A DNA stretch of 62,939 bases, the filler included, from Reticulomyxa filosa (Eukaryota; Protista; Foraminifera): assembly GCA_000512085.1 (NCBI GenBank). It is 16 parts of 16 records of this genome, joined end to end, with 100 filler letters (N's around TTAATTAATTAA, not from the genome) between each part and the next. Parts side by side here need not be neighbours in the genome. Positions count along the whole stretch, not along the records: positions 50,689 to 57,164 come from ASPP01021834.1; positions 57,265 to 60,287 come from ASPP01043005.1; positions 60,388 to 62,939 come from ASPP01010626.1; 13 more parts are not named here. The stretch is one strand, 5' to 3'. A program made the translations under genes and the position numbers. Below, piece by piece: positions 51,292 through 62,939 of this stretch. Every line of letters begins with the position of its first letter. The stretch's first letter is position 1. The notes below the pieces were generated by a model that worked only from the letters and a program-made list of their open reading frames with translations, was not told the origin of the DNA and did no database searches.

Positions 51292-54200
51292 TTAGATGTT
51301 AGCAGCATGCTGTAAAATGCGAGCCATTTGAGCAAAATAGTCTTCAATATCATTTTCCAACGTGACAACGCCATGATTGATTTCTTTGATAAGTTTCTTT
51401 CTGAGTTGATTGAGTTGGGCTCTATCCAAAGGACAGTTGGACAAATATAGCGTCACTCTTTTGGTAATAATGGCTTGAAGACTCTGCAATGAAGTTTTTG
51501 CTAGCATGCGCCGAAGGGCTTGAACTTTATCCGTTTCATTTGCCATATCACTGCTAGTCTTACTTTCTTTTCTCTTTGCTTTGGGATCAGTGTTGTCGTT
51601 GTTGTCATTACGTTTATTGTCGTCTTGTGTAATGTCATTAATATTGCTACTGTTATTGTCATTGTTGTCATTATTCTTGCCATTATTAGCATTGGCATTG
51701 GCATTAACATTGGCATTGGCATTAACATTAACATTAGTGTCAGTATTGATATCAGTCTCACTGCCGGTCTCATCTTCGGCATAAAGAAGCGGGAGTAATT
51801 TATCCTGCGCCTGAGCATTTGTTGCGAAAAGTGGCTTTTTCTTGTGATCAACTCCCCCCTTTCGAACTGGAGTGATGGAAGCTCGAGGTATCCCCAGCAA
51901 GATCGAATTGAAACTGACATTGTCCTCGTTGACCATTTCTTTTTCCATGCTAAAGTACATACTTTCGCGCTCTGCGTCATTGGCATGTGTATCGACCACG
52001 CTGTATCTCTGAGCTCCTAGTTGGCTGATCTCGTCACTGCTGTATCGTTGGCGTTTTTTTTTTCGTCTCCCGAGTCCGTTCGAAGTGACACGTTCCAATC
52101 CAAGTACACGTCTTTTGTTTCTGATTTTTTCGACTTCTCCATGTTCCGCGTCTTGAGGTGCTAAAGAAGGCAACTAAACAATTTATTACAATTAACAAAA
52201 AAAAAATTTACATCTAACTCAGCTCTTTGTCGAAAAAAAAAAAAAAAAAAAAAGGGATTAGAGATGTGTGTATGTGTTTTTTTTTTTTTCTCCTCTTTGA
52301 AATAAAACACAAACATACAATTTGGAAGAATGAGACTTGGACGATGACTTTCGTCAGATTAATGAACATTGCCAAGAACAAAATACACCACATACAAATA
52401 AAAAATTGGCCCTCCCAATACATCCCTGTGACGTGAAACGCGTCAAACACTTGGTCTCCTACCATCAGTGCAAACAATGTTTTCGCAGTAATTTCCGGAC
52501 TATTGAACACAGGGTCGCCATCAGGCACACTAAAAAATATTGTGCCGCAGTATACGTACCCCATGTAAATGGGCAACAGCGCTATTATACTCTATAGAAG
52601 AAAAAAAAAAAAAAAAAAAAACGGGGGCAGGAAGGGGAAGAGGGGGGGGGAGGGGAGGGAGAGAGAGAGAAGAAAAAAAAAAATACATTAACAAAATCAT
52701 ACACATATATGTGTATAAGACTAATAACCTTACACGAAATAGAAAACAACAACATAAACATATACAGACAAGACGAAACTTCCATCAACGGTAAGGCGGA
52801 CTGTTGCAATGCCAAAAAAAAGGCGGCGAATTCGTGGCCTCTTTGCTCCACAGCGAAGATGATCATGCACCAGGAGATCAACGCGGCAAAGCCCAGCAAC
52901 AAACGATATCTCCAGTTGTCGTTTAGGTCGGAAATGTTGGTAATGTTAACAAGCACGCAAATAGCGGCAGCAAACGAAAGGACATGGGACAATGGCAAAA
53001 TGATGCGCCATCGCAAGAAGCTCAGCAGACTGCGGCACTTTTGATAGAAATTTTGCTTGGTCGTGCGATTGCAGCAAATGGCGGCAACTTGCGAATAATT
53101 TTTATATATAAAGCGAACAAACGAGCAAAGACACAATACCAACAACACCATTGCCACAAACATCCTTCCGGTAAAGTCTGGAGACTGTCCGTCCCACCAA
53201 TTCACGCGGTTGTCGGCGCGCTTCCAGTATATATCCATCGCGCTATGCACACGAGCGGCCAATGCATGGATATTCACTTTGTACGTGAGATGCCACTCCC
53301 ATCCTATCTTCAGCTTCGAATAATATGAGTAACTTTGTACACGCATTTCCAATTGCACCCGCTTTGAGTTTTTCATGTACATGTCCAGTGCACTAGTATC
53401 GTTATCGCTCACGTTCACATATTCTATCTTTTTTTTTTTTTAAAAAATAAAAAAATAAAAAATTAAAAAAAAAAAAAATATATATATATATGATATATGT
53501 ATATATGTATACATTTTTTTTGTTTGTTTGTTTTTATTGGCTGTTGTCATCTACCACATTACACACGTATACATATATACGTATATTTACGTATATAAAA
53601 AAAAAAAAATGTATTTGTGTTTTAATACCTAAAATTTGATAGTTGTTCGGGGTGAGGATGTACACGACCGGATCGTGATGTGCGTACAAATAAAAGGACA
53701 GCTTACACGAGGGAACTAACAACGTGGTACCGTTAGGATTGCTGCTGTTCGTCGTGGCTACGTAGATGTCACTTGGGTATTCGTAGTGTTGTACGTAGGA
53801 TGATGCAAGGTCAAAAAATGTGTTCACTCTTTTTTTCAATTCCACTGCCAAATTGTTCAGGTTCCACAACGCCTTTTCATCTCCGATTTCAAATATCTGA
53901 TTTTTTTGGTGTTTTTTTTTTTTAAAAAAAAAACAAATACTTCCCCCCCCCCCTCTCCCCCACTTCCCAAAAAAAAAAACTCATATAGGTCAATCGGGGT
54001 CACATTTCTTCAAACTTAACTCTGTTGAATGAGTACGTCGAATCACGAAAAAATGTACTCGTATCATGTCGGAGGTATATCTATTTTCGGTACAGTTACA
54101 CATTTCACATTTTAATATCTATATGCGTGATGTACAAACTATATTATACATATGTATATATTGATACAAAAAGTTGTTTGTCCACATTGGGAATGACATA

Positions 54201-54878
54201 CCAACACAATTATGGCAACAGCAATGAAAAACTGAAAGAAACCGGTCGTGCACAGCCGCGACCATCGAAGATTGGAAAAGAAGCTATGTGACGGAGCTTT
54301 CACCACTGATGGCTCTTGCAATGTCGGGTCCAATGCCTTTTCTTCTCTTCGCTCGTACAATGTTTTCTTTTTTTTTTTTTTTATTATTTATTTATTTGTT
54401 TATTTTGCATTGTTATTGTTTCTTGTGTGCTTTCACAATTTTTTCTAAGTCTTGTCTCAAGAAAAAAACAAAATAATAATACAAAGTAATCTTTGTCCAT
54501 TTTTTTTTTTTGCTTATGTTTTCTCCTTCCCACGCACATAAAAAACTTAACTACACCTTGCACTTCCGAAAACGAGAGGGATTCATCATCCGAGAGACTG
54601 ATTATTGACTTTTTTCTCAGTATTTGTGGTTCGTCTAATCATTTTTTTGTTTTTGTTTTTGTTTTTTGTTTTGTTTTTATTTTGTTTATGTTATTTTATT
54701 TTGCTTTCTGTTCATTATTTGGTATGTTTCTCAGGTCGGCTGTTCGACAAAAAAGTTTTGGGTCACGTTCAGCAGAACTTTCTTCGTTGTTGTTGACTGA
54801 AGAGACAGGACGCTTCTTGACAACGACAGCTGTCTTTATGCTATTATCTTCAAAAGGCAAATAATCGATTCCGCTCAT
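51292..54878 (-). CDS. Mucolipin (TRPML)/polycystin-type cation channel, multi-exon
   Basis: TM1, a large luminal loop, then TM2-6; PIYMGYVYCGTIFF...FNS...AKTLFALMVGDQVFDAF resembles TRPML LFSLINGDDMF. Confidence 0.8.
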
Positions 54879-55565
54879 TTTTTATTTTGTTTTTGCAATT
54901 ATTGGGACTGCTTGAATTTTTTAGCTGCAAGGGAACACAAAACACAGTGCAAGTCTAAGTGCCAAAGAAACGCCATGACGTCTCAAAATGCCATTTGACA
55001 AAATTACAGACAATATTTTCAAAGAAAGTATTCATAGATAAATTGCATCGAATAGTTTGTATGTCAATTTTTTTCATCGTTTCTAGAAGCTGTTTTTTAA
55101 AAACAAAATAATATATACTATAATACACACGTGGACATGCATTTTCAAATCATTGTGAGTTTCTTATTTTTTAATCTAAGAGTTAATTTAAAAAAGTTAT
55201 TATGTATACTCAATTGATAACTGTAAGTGATATGAGTTGTTTAATATTTGCAAAGATGTAGGAAAACAAACAGCCAGTGACAAAAGTTTTTAAACATCTA
55301 AGTAAGATATGTCAAATTCTCTTCAACTATCAAGGACTACACGAGCCCGACGATGTTTTAAACTATTTAGTTGGAAGTGATATTTTGCAAATGCACAACA
55401 TATGAAATTGTACATTTTTATAGAATAAGTTAAAAGAACTACCAGAAAAGCTGCTTGGTTGAGAAGTAAGCAGCTAACAATAAATGTTGTGTATGTATTC
55501 TCCTCGGAGAAATTCAGAGTTAAAAAAAGAGCAATTGTGCCATGCCAAAAAGCATGTATGTGAGT

Positions 55566-57001
55566 TTACAGAGTTGAAACAATTCGGACAGGATGAGCCT
55601 CCGTGTTGAAGACAAATACGTCCAAAGGAATTAAATTTGGATGAGAAAATAACAAATACAAGTACTTTAGAGTCTCTGCAAAAAAATAGGAATGCATAAC
55701 TCCGTTAGGGTCTTGTTTAGGAGAATGCCCAACACTTAAGACTGGAGTATATCCACCCCCTTCTGATGGATCCACACGGCAATGTTTTCAATGCTCTGGA
55801 AGATGTTCCATCCATATTCCCTCCATTTATTGTCTCCGGTCAAACGCCATAAATAAAACATTGTCTCCAGCGTTTCAGGTCGTAATATGTAAAAGTCTAC
55901 CCCGTTGTACGGCTCACCTTCTGAATATCTCATGAATTCCGGAGATAAGCCGGACTTTTGCTGTTTGAGCCCAATAATCAAAACACAAACTTTTTTTTTT
56001 TGAAGTTGAAGCAAAAACAAACAAAATAGCCAACCCCCCCCCTGCCCCCCTTCCCTCCAAGAATGAAAGGAAAAAAAGATTGCACACATAACCCTGGAAA
56101 ACATTTGGTAGCAAGTTTCGGCCAACTGTTTGGCTGCATCTGTGTGCCGCCGAACCATGTCATCGTTTTCGAGCACTTCATGCATAACACCTAATGCGAG
56201 AAGCCCTCCAGAAAAACAAGCCAACTCATCCATTTTGAGATCAAGTCGACCATCTTCCCATTCCGCAATAAAATACAGTCCAGTGTGCTTATTTTTTTGG
56301 TATAAATGCTCCAACATTCCTTCCACCGATTCAATGTACATTTTTTTCAAATACTCATCTTTTTTTCCCTCATAAAGGTAATATTTCAGTAAGTATTCAT
56401 AAAACGAGTCCCCCATTGCTCCCCAAGTGATGTGCCCGTTACGATATTGGACACGATTGGAATCAATGAAAATCGGGTATTGTCCGCGTAATGGCAAGGA
56501 CGGACCCCCTCTCATTGGGTCCATCTTTTTAAATACTCCCACCGCACTTTCGGCAAGAGATGGAGTGTTACTTCGATCCGCACAAGATTTGAACTCCAAT
56601 TGAATGGTGCCAACTTCTGCTAGTAACAATGAGCCACCAGTCCAAAATGCCGCATGTGCACTGCCACTGATTTGTTGTTGGATGTTCGAAATAATCAACA
56701 ACAAACACAAACAAAGCAAACAAATAAACAAAATGGACAACAACAAGCATTGATCACTTACGTGGCCAAATTTACTTCCGACAATGGAAATCCATTGCCA
56801 GTATTGAATACTGGAGACATCCGTTCTGCCAAATCTTTTGCTTTGTCCAAAAACACTTTGTTTTTTGTCAGATCATAGTTTGCCATCAATCCACCCAAAC
56901 ACCGAATGGTCGTTTCAAAAAAAGACACTGATTGATCTTTATTAAAGTCAAGAGATTTTTTCACCCATTTCGTCGCGTCCACGAACATTTCATTTAAACC
57001 C
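55566..57001 (-). CDS. Class I alpha-1,2-mannosidase (GH47), 5' partial; one indel near 55785
   Basis: SFFETTIRCLGGL; LAEVGTIQLEF; GAMGDSFYEYLLK; MDELACF; YILRPE; SYFFAETLKYLYLLF; FNTEAHP. Confidence 0.96.
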
Positions 57002-57264
57002 TTTTTTTTTTTTTTTTTTGTCAGCCATACAAAATCATAAGCAAATCAAACAAAAAAAAGGCCAATATGACAAAAGCCTGAAATATATTGTATCCCACAA
57101 GGTACGCGAATAAATACTAAACAATGGATATAATATCGGCATTTACACTCAGATATATATATATNNNNNNNNNNNNNNNNNNNNNNNNNNNNNNNNNNNN
57201 NNNNNNNNTTAATTAATTAANNNNNNNNNNNNNNNNNNNNNNNNNNNNNNNNNNNNNNNNNNNN

Positions 57265-57767
57265 TTTTTCTCAAAGGGATATGCAATAGATACTGAAATT
57301 GATGATTCAACATCTGATCATTTCCCCACAAATATGCAATCCTTTGAGACAACGCACTTTTTCCACTCCTTGCTTCTCCTTGAATATTAATGTGGCGTAC
57401 TTCTAATTCATTAATTGTTGTATCAATAGATTGCTCAGGATCATCAAATAATGGATACAACTTGTCTTGTGATTGGTAACATTGCTTTAATTTTTCTTTC
57501 GTTGCATTCAGCTCTCTATTCTCATTATATTTTTTTATTTCTGAAGTTTTATTTGTATCATTTGTTTCTTTGTTTTTTTCTTTTGGTCTTGAAGTTTCGT
57601 GTACTAGAATCCTTTCTTTTTTTCTGTTTTGTTTTGCTTTTCGAGCACCAGGCGCGCCCATGTTTTAACTTTTCCACTTGTGGCTGTGACAAAATTAAGA
57701 TGTAGACTTGTTTAAAATGTTTAGAGTTTTTTTTAACTAAAACTTTTGTTAAGTTGGATTTGTACAT
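57265..57767 (-). pseudogene. NACHT (STAND) NTPase N-terminal fragment, probably degenerate
   Basis: HINIQGEARSGKSALSQRIAYLW...FQYLLHIPLRK; frameshift relative to the upstream ATG at 57767. Confidence 0.65.
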
Positions 57768-58774
57768 GGTTTTGTTATTTTTTGATTGATGCTTCCACCT
57801 GAAAATTTATTTCAATTCATATCTGTAAACAATAGACTATTCAATAAAAATGTATGTGAGAAATGTTGCAGTTATGTTTTTCCTTTTTAATTTTAAATTA
57901 TAAAATTTGCTGTGCCTTTAAGTTTTATTTTCAAAGTCGTGCTTCTGCTGGAAAGAATTACTTTTTATTCAGTTGAGACCTAAGTTCGTGTTTGCACCCC
58001 TTTTTTTTTGTAACTGAAATTCAAAACAGACCTACGGCAGCAGGATTAGAAGCTTTAAGAGAAAATCAGTTGCTTGAACGGAATGCAGTTTTTTCTTTTT
58101 AGCAAACAATTGCTTGAGCAATTTTTCTTTCTGCAGACAAACTCAAATAAACAACAGATTGTTTACTTATATAAAATGCATACAATTTCAGATATTCAAA
58201 TGCATTATCATTTTCATATATCCAATCTAAAATCTTCAAATGCTATGAAACAATCAGCAACATTCTTTTCTTTTCTTTTTTATTTTGATTTCTTTTACCC
58301 CATTTCAGATTTGAATACAAATTAAGAAAATGTATACTACATGACCAATAAAATAGTGTATTTAATAATTGAATTTGATCTTATTGAAATACATCAATAT
58401 TGTCAATAAGAGAAGTGATAAATTGCCTTCTAACTAAGCCAAATTGAATCACCTTTCTTTTTTTATTATGCATCAATATTTGTCATGAGGCAACGAAACG
58501 TTTATTCTTGCTTTCATTTAAATTTTTTTTTATTTGAGATTTTTTTAATCCGTTCAGCTTTTATGTGATCAAGTTGCAATTAACTTGAAAAGAATTTAAA
58601 ATGAAGAACATTAACTTTTTGTCTGAACTATTGGAATATAATAAATAGCGCTCAACAAACTCAGTATTTCTACAAATCGTTTGTCACAAACTTTTTTTAA
58701 ATTTTCTTAAATTGGCTTTATTCCATTTGATGTCTAATAGAAAGTGGAGGGGACAAACGTAAGAAAAAAGATAG

Positions 58775-58906
58775 TCAACAGCTTTGGTTTATATTGGTGG
58801 CAATGCATGTATTAGATGCACTCCTAGCTGTGTCGAGTGCGAGTACATTTAGTTCAAGCAAGAGAAAAAGTTAAAAAAAAATTTGTAAAATGTAAAGTAT
58901 AAATGT

Positions 58907-58937
<31 letters not shown>

Positions 58938-59583
58938 GATAACAAAACTCTCAGACGAAGGAAAAAGAAGATCTTGAGCAGGATCAGGCGATGACGTGGG
59001 TGACGAAACAGGCATTTGAACCAAGCCGAACATCTTCTGTTTGACCCTGTTGAAAAACGACTCATAAGTGTTGGGTGCCTGTGGCGTGGTGGCATTGGAC
59101 TTGGCAATCTTTTTGGCCTTTGCCTCTTCGGCCTGCATGATTTGAGTCATGCGTTTTCAAAGTAGTTATAAAAAGGTTCGAATTGCACTTTGCAAATCAG
59201 TTCGTCCGATTCCACATTTACTTTTTGGATATTTGATTTTCACCGCGGTGGCAGTCAAGTGCAGATATTCTTTCAACACATCAGGAATTATTGGAGCTTT
59301 GCCTTGCACATTTGCATTTGCATTTGCATTTGCATTTGGATTAATCTGATTATCATTATGGCCATTCTCTTGTTCTTGTTGTTCTTTTTCTCTAGGCAAA
59401 GGACTCTCTGCAGGAATGAATTAGTTTGTCGATCTTCATCATCACCATCGATGACAGCATCAAACTCATCAAAAAGCTCGCAATAATTCATTTTTACACA
59501 CACACACACATTGTAAAATATCATCAGTAATGGCAGTATTTTCATTTACATTTGCCATCGCCATTGTCATGTCCTTGTCGATG

Positions 59584-59615
<32 letters not shown>

Positions 59616-60287
59616 CCGTGGGTCCATTTCCGTCATGGAATAGTGCCAGACTCTTTTGCAACATTGCTATTTCGTAATGCTTGTGCATCGAGATGCTTCA
59701 CCAGGTCTTGCTTCTCTTGCTCCAAGTGCGCGTTGCGATGTGCGAGCTTCACTACTTCATTGTACACTGACTGCGTAATCGCTGTGGCATCGTCCAACTG
59801 CTGCGAGTGTCAATTGCTCCAATTTGTTGCAATACTCTTTCAACTCTTTTCCACGTCGTCTTTCTTCTTGCAACTCTTCATGCAGCTTTTTATACACGCG
59901 GGATGACACTTTGCGATTTCCCGTTCAAGGGATAAGCGCCATGTCCATTCGCACCACCGCCTCGGGGGGAGGGTTTGCTGCTATTATAGTAATCATCGTC
60001 CTCTTCCTCATCGTCATAGCCATTTGCATGTCGATGATCATCATCTTCGTCTAATCCATCTCCCCCCAGAAGGGTGTCCACTTCCTCCGGGCTTTTTCGA
60101 AGTTCCACCAAACACTTCTTGTTTTACGTGTGCGCAGCTCTCAAACTCGGCCTCCTTTTCGACCATCTCTTGTGTTAACTTCTCCAATGTACTTCATATT
60201 TAAGCTTCTCCTCTTCCCGTACAGCTCGTTCAATAAAGCATTATCTTTGGTCAGAAGCTTCAAGTCGTGCTCCTTCATGTGCACCAT
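58775..60287 (-). CDS. Coiled-coil protein with a small C-terminal domain (VLKEYLHLTATAVKIKYP), 5' partial
   Basis: Heptad E/K/L-rich exons, acidic and His-rich linkers, several introns; end approximate. Confidence 0.55.
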
Positions 60288-60387
60288 NNNNNNNNNNNNN
60301 NNNNNNNNNNNNNNNNNNNNNNNNNNNNNNNTTAATTAATTAANNNNNNNNNNNNNNNNNNNNNNNNNNNNNNNNNNNNNNNNNNNN

Positions 60388-60423
<36 letters not shown>

Positions 60424-60424
<1 letters not shown>

Positions 60425-61078
60425 GGAACATCGTTGGCAAAGTTTGTATCTCCTGCTTGTTGAACGGTATATCCTCTCCACAAAAATGTTCCCAGTTCTC
60501 TGTATTGAAAAAATAAAACGTCCTCTGGCTCCCATGCTGCACCACTACCTACTTGTGCGGCTTCTTCTCCACGGTTTTCCATATAAAAGATGTCTTGCCT
60601 TGACGGTGCAAAATATAATATTTCTCATCAAATAAATATGTTTGCACCATTGTTTCGTACATTTTTATTGCTGTTTCTGCACTTACTGGCATTTTCCAAT
60701 TCTTGTTCAGTGGTTTGCCTGCTTCGCTCATTGTTCGAAACACTGGCCATGCTGGGTCCTTATTTGTGTCTCGCCACTATACTTATCAGTTGTTTTTTTT
60801 TTTTAACCCACCCCCTCCTACATATCATCACCGATCCTATTCTCTTCACCTCTCTAATTTTGGGTCATGCATTTAAAATGTTTGTCCATATAAAATATTA
60901 TAAGACTTCATGTCGTGAAGCGATATGCAAACGTAACAACAAGTTCATCGGTCAATGGCGCGTCCACTTGAAAGTATGGAGATTTTTCTCTCAAGGAAGG
61001 CTTAGCATTAAAACGCCAGGAAGAAACTTGTCTTAATGCTGGAACTTGAAGCTTTGGAATGAAACGTGTGGAGAACAT
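60424..61078 (-). CDS. BCKDHA: Branched-chain alpha-ketoacid dehydrogenase E1 alpha, mitochondrial; 3' partial; indel near 60585
   Basis: Presequence MFSTRFIPKLQ; MYETMV...HRQGKTSF(Y)MENRGEEAAQVGSGAA...DVLFFQYRELG. Confidence 0.9.
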
Positions 61079-61626
61079 TGAAATTGATATGCTATAATTC
61101 AAAAGTCGTGTGCAAAACAGAACTCCCAAAAGGGGTAATAGGTTGTGTTGGTGACGTTATAGTAGTAACGGCTGGACACTTCTTTTAAAAAAGTCGACAA
61201 GTATAGTATTTTAAATAAACTTGAAATGCGGTTTGCAAGTAAATAACAAGTTAGGACGGAGTTTTTTTTTTCCTCTCTCCCCGTCAAATGTTATAATGTA
61301 TTTTTTTGTTTGTTTGTGGCCTTGACTTGTAGTAATGTTTCGTGTAAAATCAATATCCACGAAACGATGCAGTTCTCATCTCTTTCTCAATCCAATAAAT
61401 AAGTGGGGTCAAGGTACATCACACCGGCAAAGTCTGGCGTATTCACAATGTGTCACCACTTACACAAATTCTGCACAGGGTGGCAGTCCATTAATATTTC
61501 AGCAAAAAAAGCACTTGCACTCGTGTAATTTTTTTTCCCTTGAAGGAAGAGAAAGGAGAGTGAAGACACATAAACACAAACAACAACGACAATAAAAATG
61601 GAATCAAAGGCCAAAGCGAAGACAAG

Positions 61627-62045
61627 ATGAAAGCATCACAAAGGACAAAAGTAGAGAGACGTAACAGCGAGTATGACATGGAAAAGGAAGTGCGAAATAT
61701 CGGAGCAAGATTGATGAGGATAGCATTGAAAGAAGTGTACGGTACGCAGATAGACGAGAGTGCATTTGCAAACGCCGTGAAAGAAAAGATGGGTCAATCG
61801 AAGCACGGTCGCGGACAAATAAGTGTTCCTTGTTTTGTGTTGGCAAAGCATTGTTCTAGCCCTCCTTCTCTCGTCGCTGACAAATTGGCCGAGTCTATTA
61901 ATTCGCAACTTCGTTCACAATCCAATGTCGATCATCCCATCCAAAAAGTTGAGTGTTACCAGAGGTGGTGGATATTAGAAAAAGTTTCAATTTGATTAGC
62001 ATTAACATACATAACATGATATATATATATATATATACGTATACA

Positions 62046-62076
<31 letters not shown>

Positions 62077-62939
62077 GCATATACATATATATATGTATAC
62101 GTATACATATATACATACATCAATAAAGGTTGATAGTTGTGGAGGGTATATAAATATGCATTTGTCGACGGAATACTTGGGTGGAATAATTGGCAAGATA
62201 TTAAACAAGGAAGATGGTTATTTGGACCAACTGCCGAAGACGAAAGCACGTGTGATGGTGGAGTATTCGCAACCGAATACACACAAAGCCTTTCACGTCG
62301 GACATATGCGCAACGTGGCGTTGGGCGATTGTTTGGTGAGATTGTATGAGCACATTGGCAATGAGGTGATTGCGGCCAATTACTTTGGCGACGAGGGTAG
62401 TCATGTGGCCTCGTGCTTGTGGCTGTTGCAAAAAAAGATGAGCGAACAAGACGTGACATTGGAAGAGCTCGTGTGCGAGTCGATGACCAAAGGAGAATGG
62501 CTGGGCACAACATACGCCGAATCCAAGCGATGGCTTGACCTAGCCACGTATACTCATTTGCCATTCAAGGGCGTGGTGGTGGCCAAAGTGCTGTCCATGT
62601 CTGAAATGCATCCTGGCGTGGACGCATCTCGCAATTACCGTGTGATCACACTGGACTATGGTCTTGCTCGTCATGCCACTGTCGTGTGCACTGGAGATGG
62701 CTTTCGTGTCAATGACTTGGTATCTTATGTCCCCGTGGGAACACACTTTCAGGGCAAAGTGGTGGAGCCTCGTCATTTCAAAGGACTGGTGTCTCATGGC
62801 ATTCTTTTGTCTGCTCGAGAATTGGGCATTGATCCTTCGGTGATGATGCATAGAGATACAACCAATACCTCTTCAAACATCCAACAAAGTAACAGCAATA
62901 ACAATAGCAATAACAATAAAAGCAAAAATAAAAGCAAAA
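61627..62939 (+). CDS. RARS: Arginyl-tRNA synthetase with an inserted OB-fold tRNA-binding domain; intron 61948-62128; 3' partial
   Basis: N-terminal domain PCFVLAK...GGYINM. Exon 2, missed by the ORF track, reads VMVEYSQPNTHKAFHVGHMRN...ANYFGDEG, then GVVVAKV...VVC...YVPVG...KGLVSHGILLSARELGI. Confidence 0.93.

Noticed and set aside
1033-60387. Recurring TTAATTAATTAA palindrome flanked by N runs
   Set aside because: It is an artificial six-frame-stop linker, not a repeat family or CRISPR. Gene neighbourhoods across it are meaningless.

Overview
This is AT-rich, intron-containing eukaryotic nuclear DNA, not one continuous locus. Sixteen unrelated contigs are joined by 15 artificial 100-nt linkers (N44-TTAATTAATTAA-N44). 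The expanded RING/TRAF, WD40, NACHT and glycine-rich families, microsatellite-filled introns and homopolymer indels suggest a protist draft genome, most like the foraminiferan Reticulomyxa filosa (inference, not proven). Recognisable genes: a USP4/11/15-type deubiquitinase, GT11-like fucosyltransferase, La-related protein, SREK1-like splicing factor, J-domain protein, PDI, RNase Z, a UBA-RanBP2-Tudor-PDZ-C2 protein, a SYLF/Ysc84 protein, TRPV-like and TRPML-like channels, GH47 mannosidase, BCKDH E1-alpha and ArgRS. Four things stand out. (1) A 165-nt tRNA mimic at 44793-44957 has a perfect acceptor stem and T-arm, but a long irregular hairpin replaces the D and anticodon arms. (2) A ~340-nt multi-branched, G-U-rich structured RNA candidate lies at 8996-9334. 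(3) The ArgRS has an OB-fold tRNA-binding domain inserted in its catalytic domain. (4) Many introns have GTT donors and an A-tract instead of a polypyrimidine tract. All structures and exon boundaries were derived by eye and are approximate.
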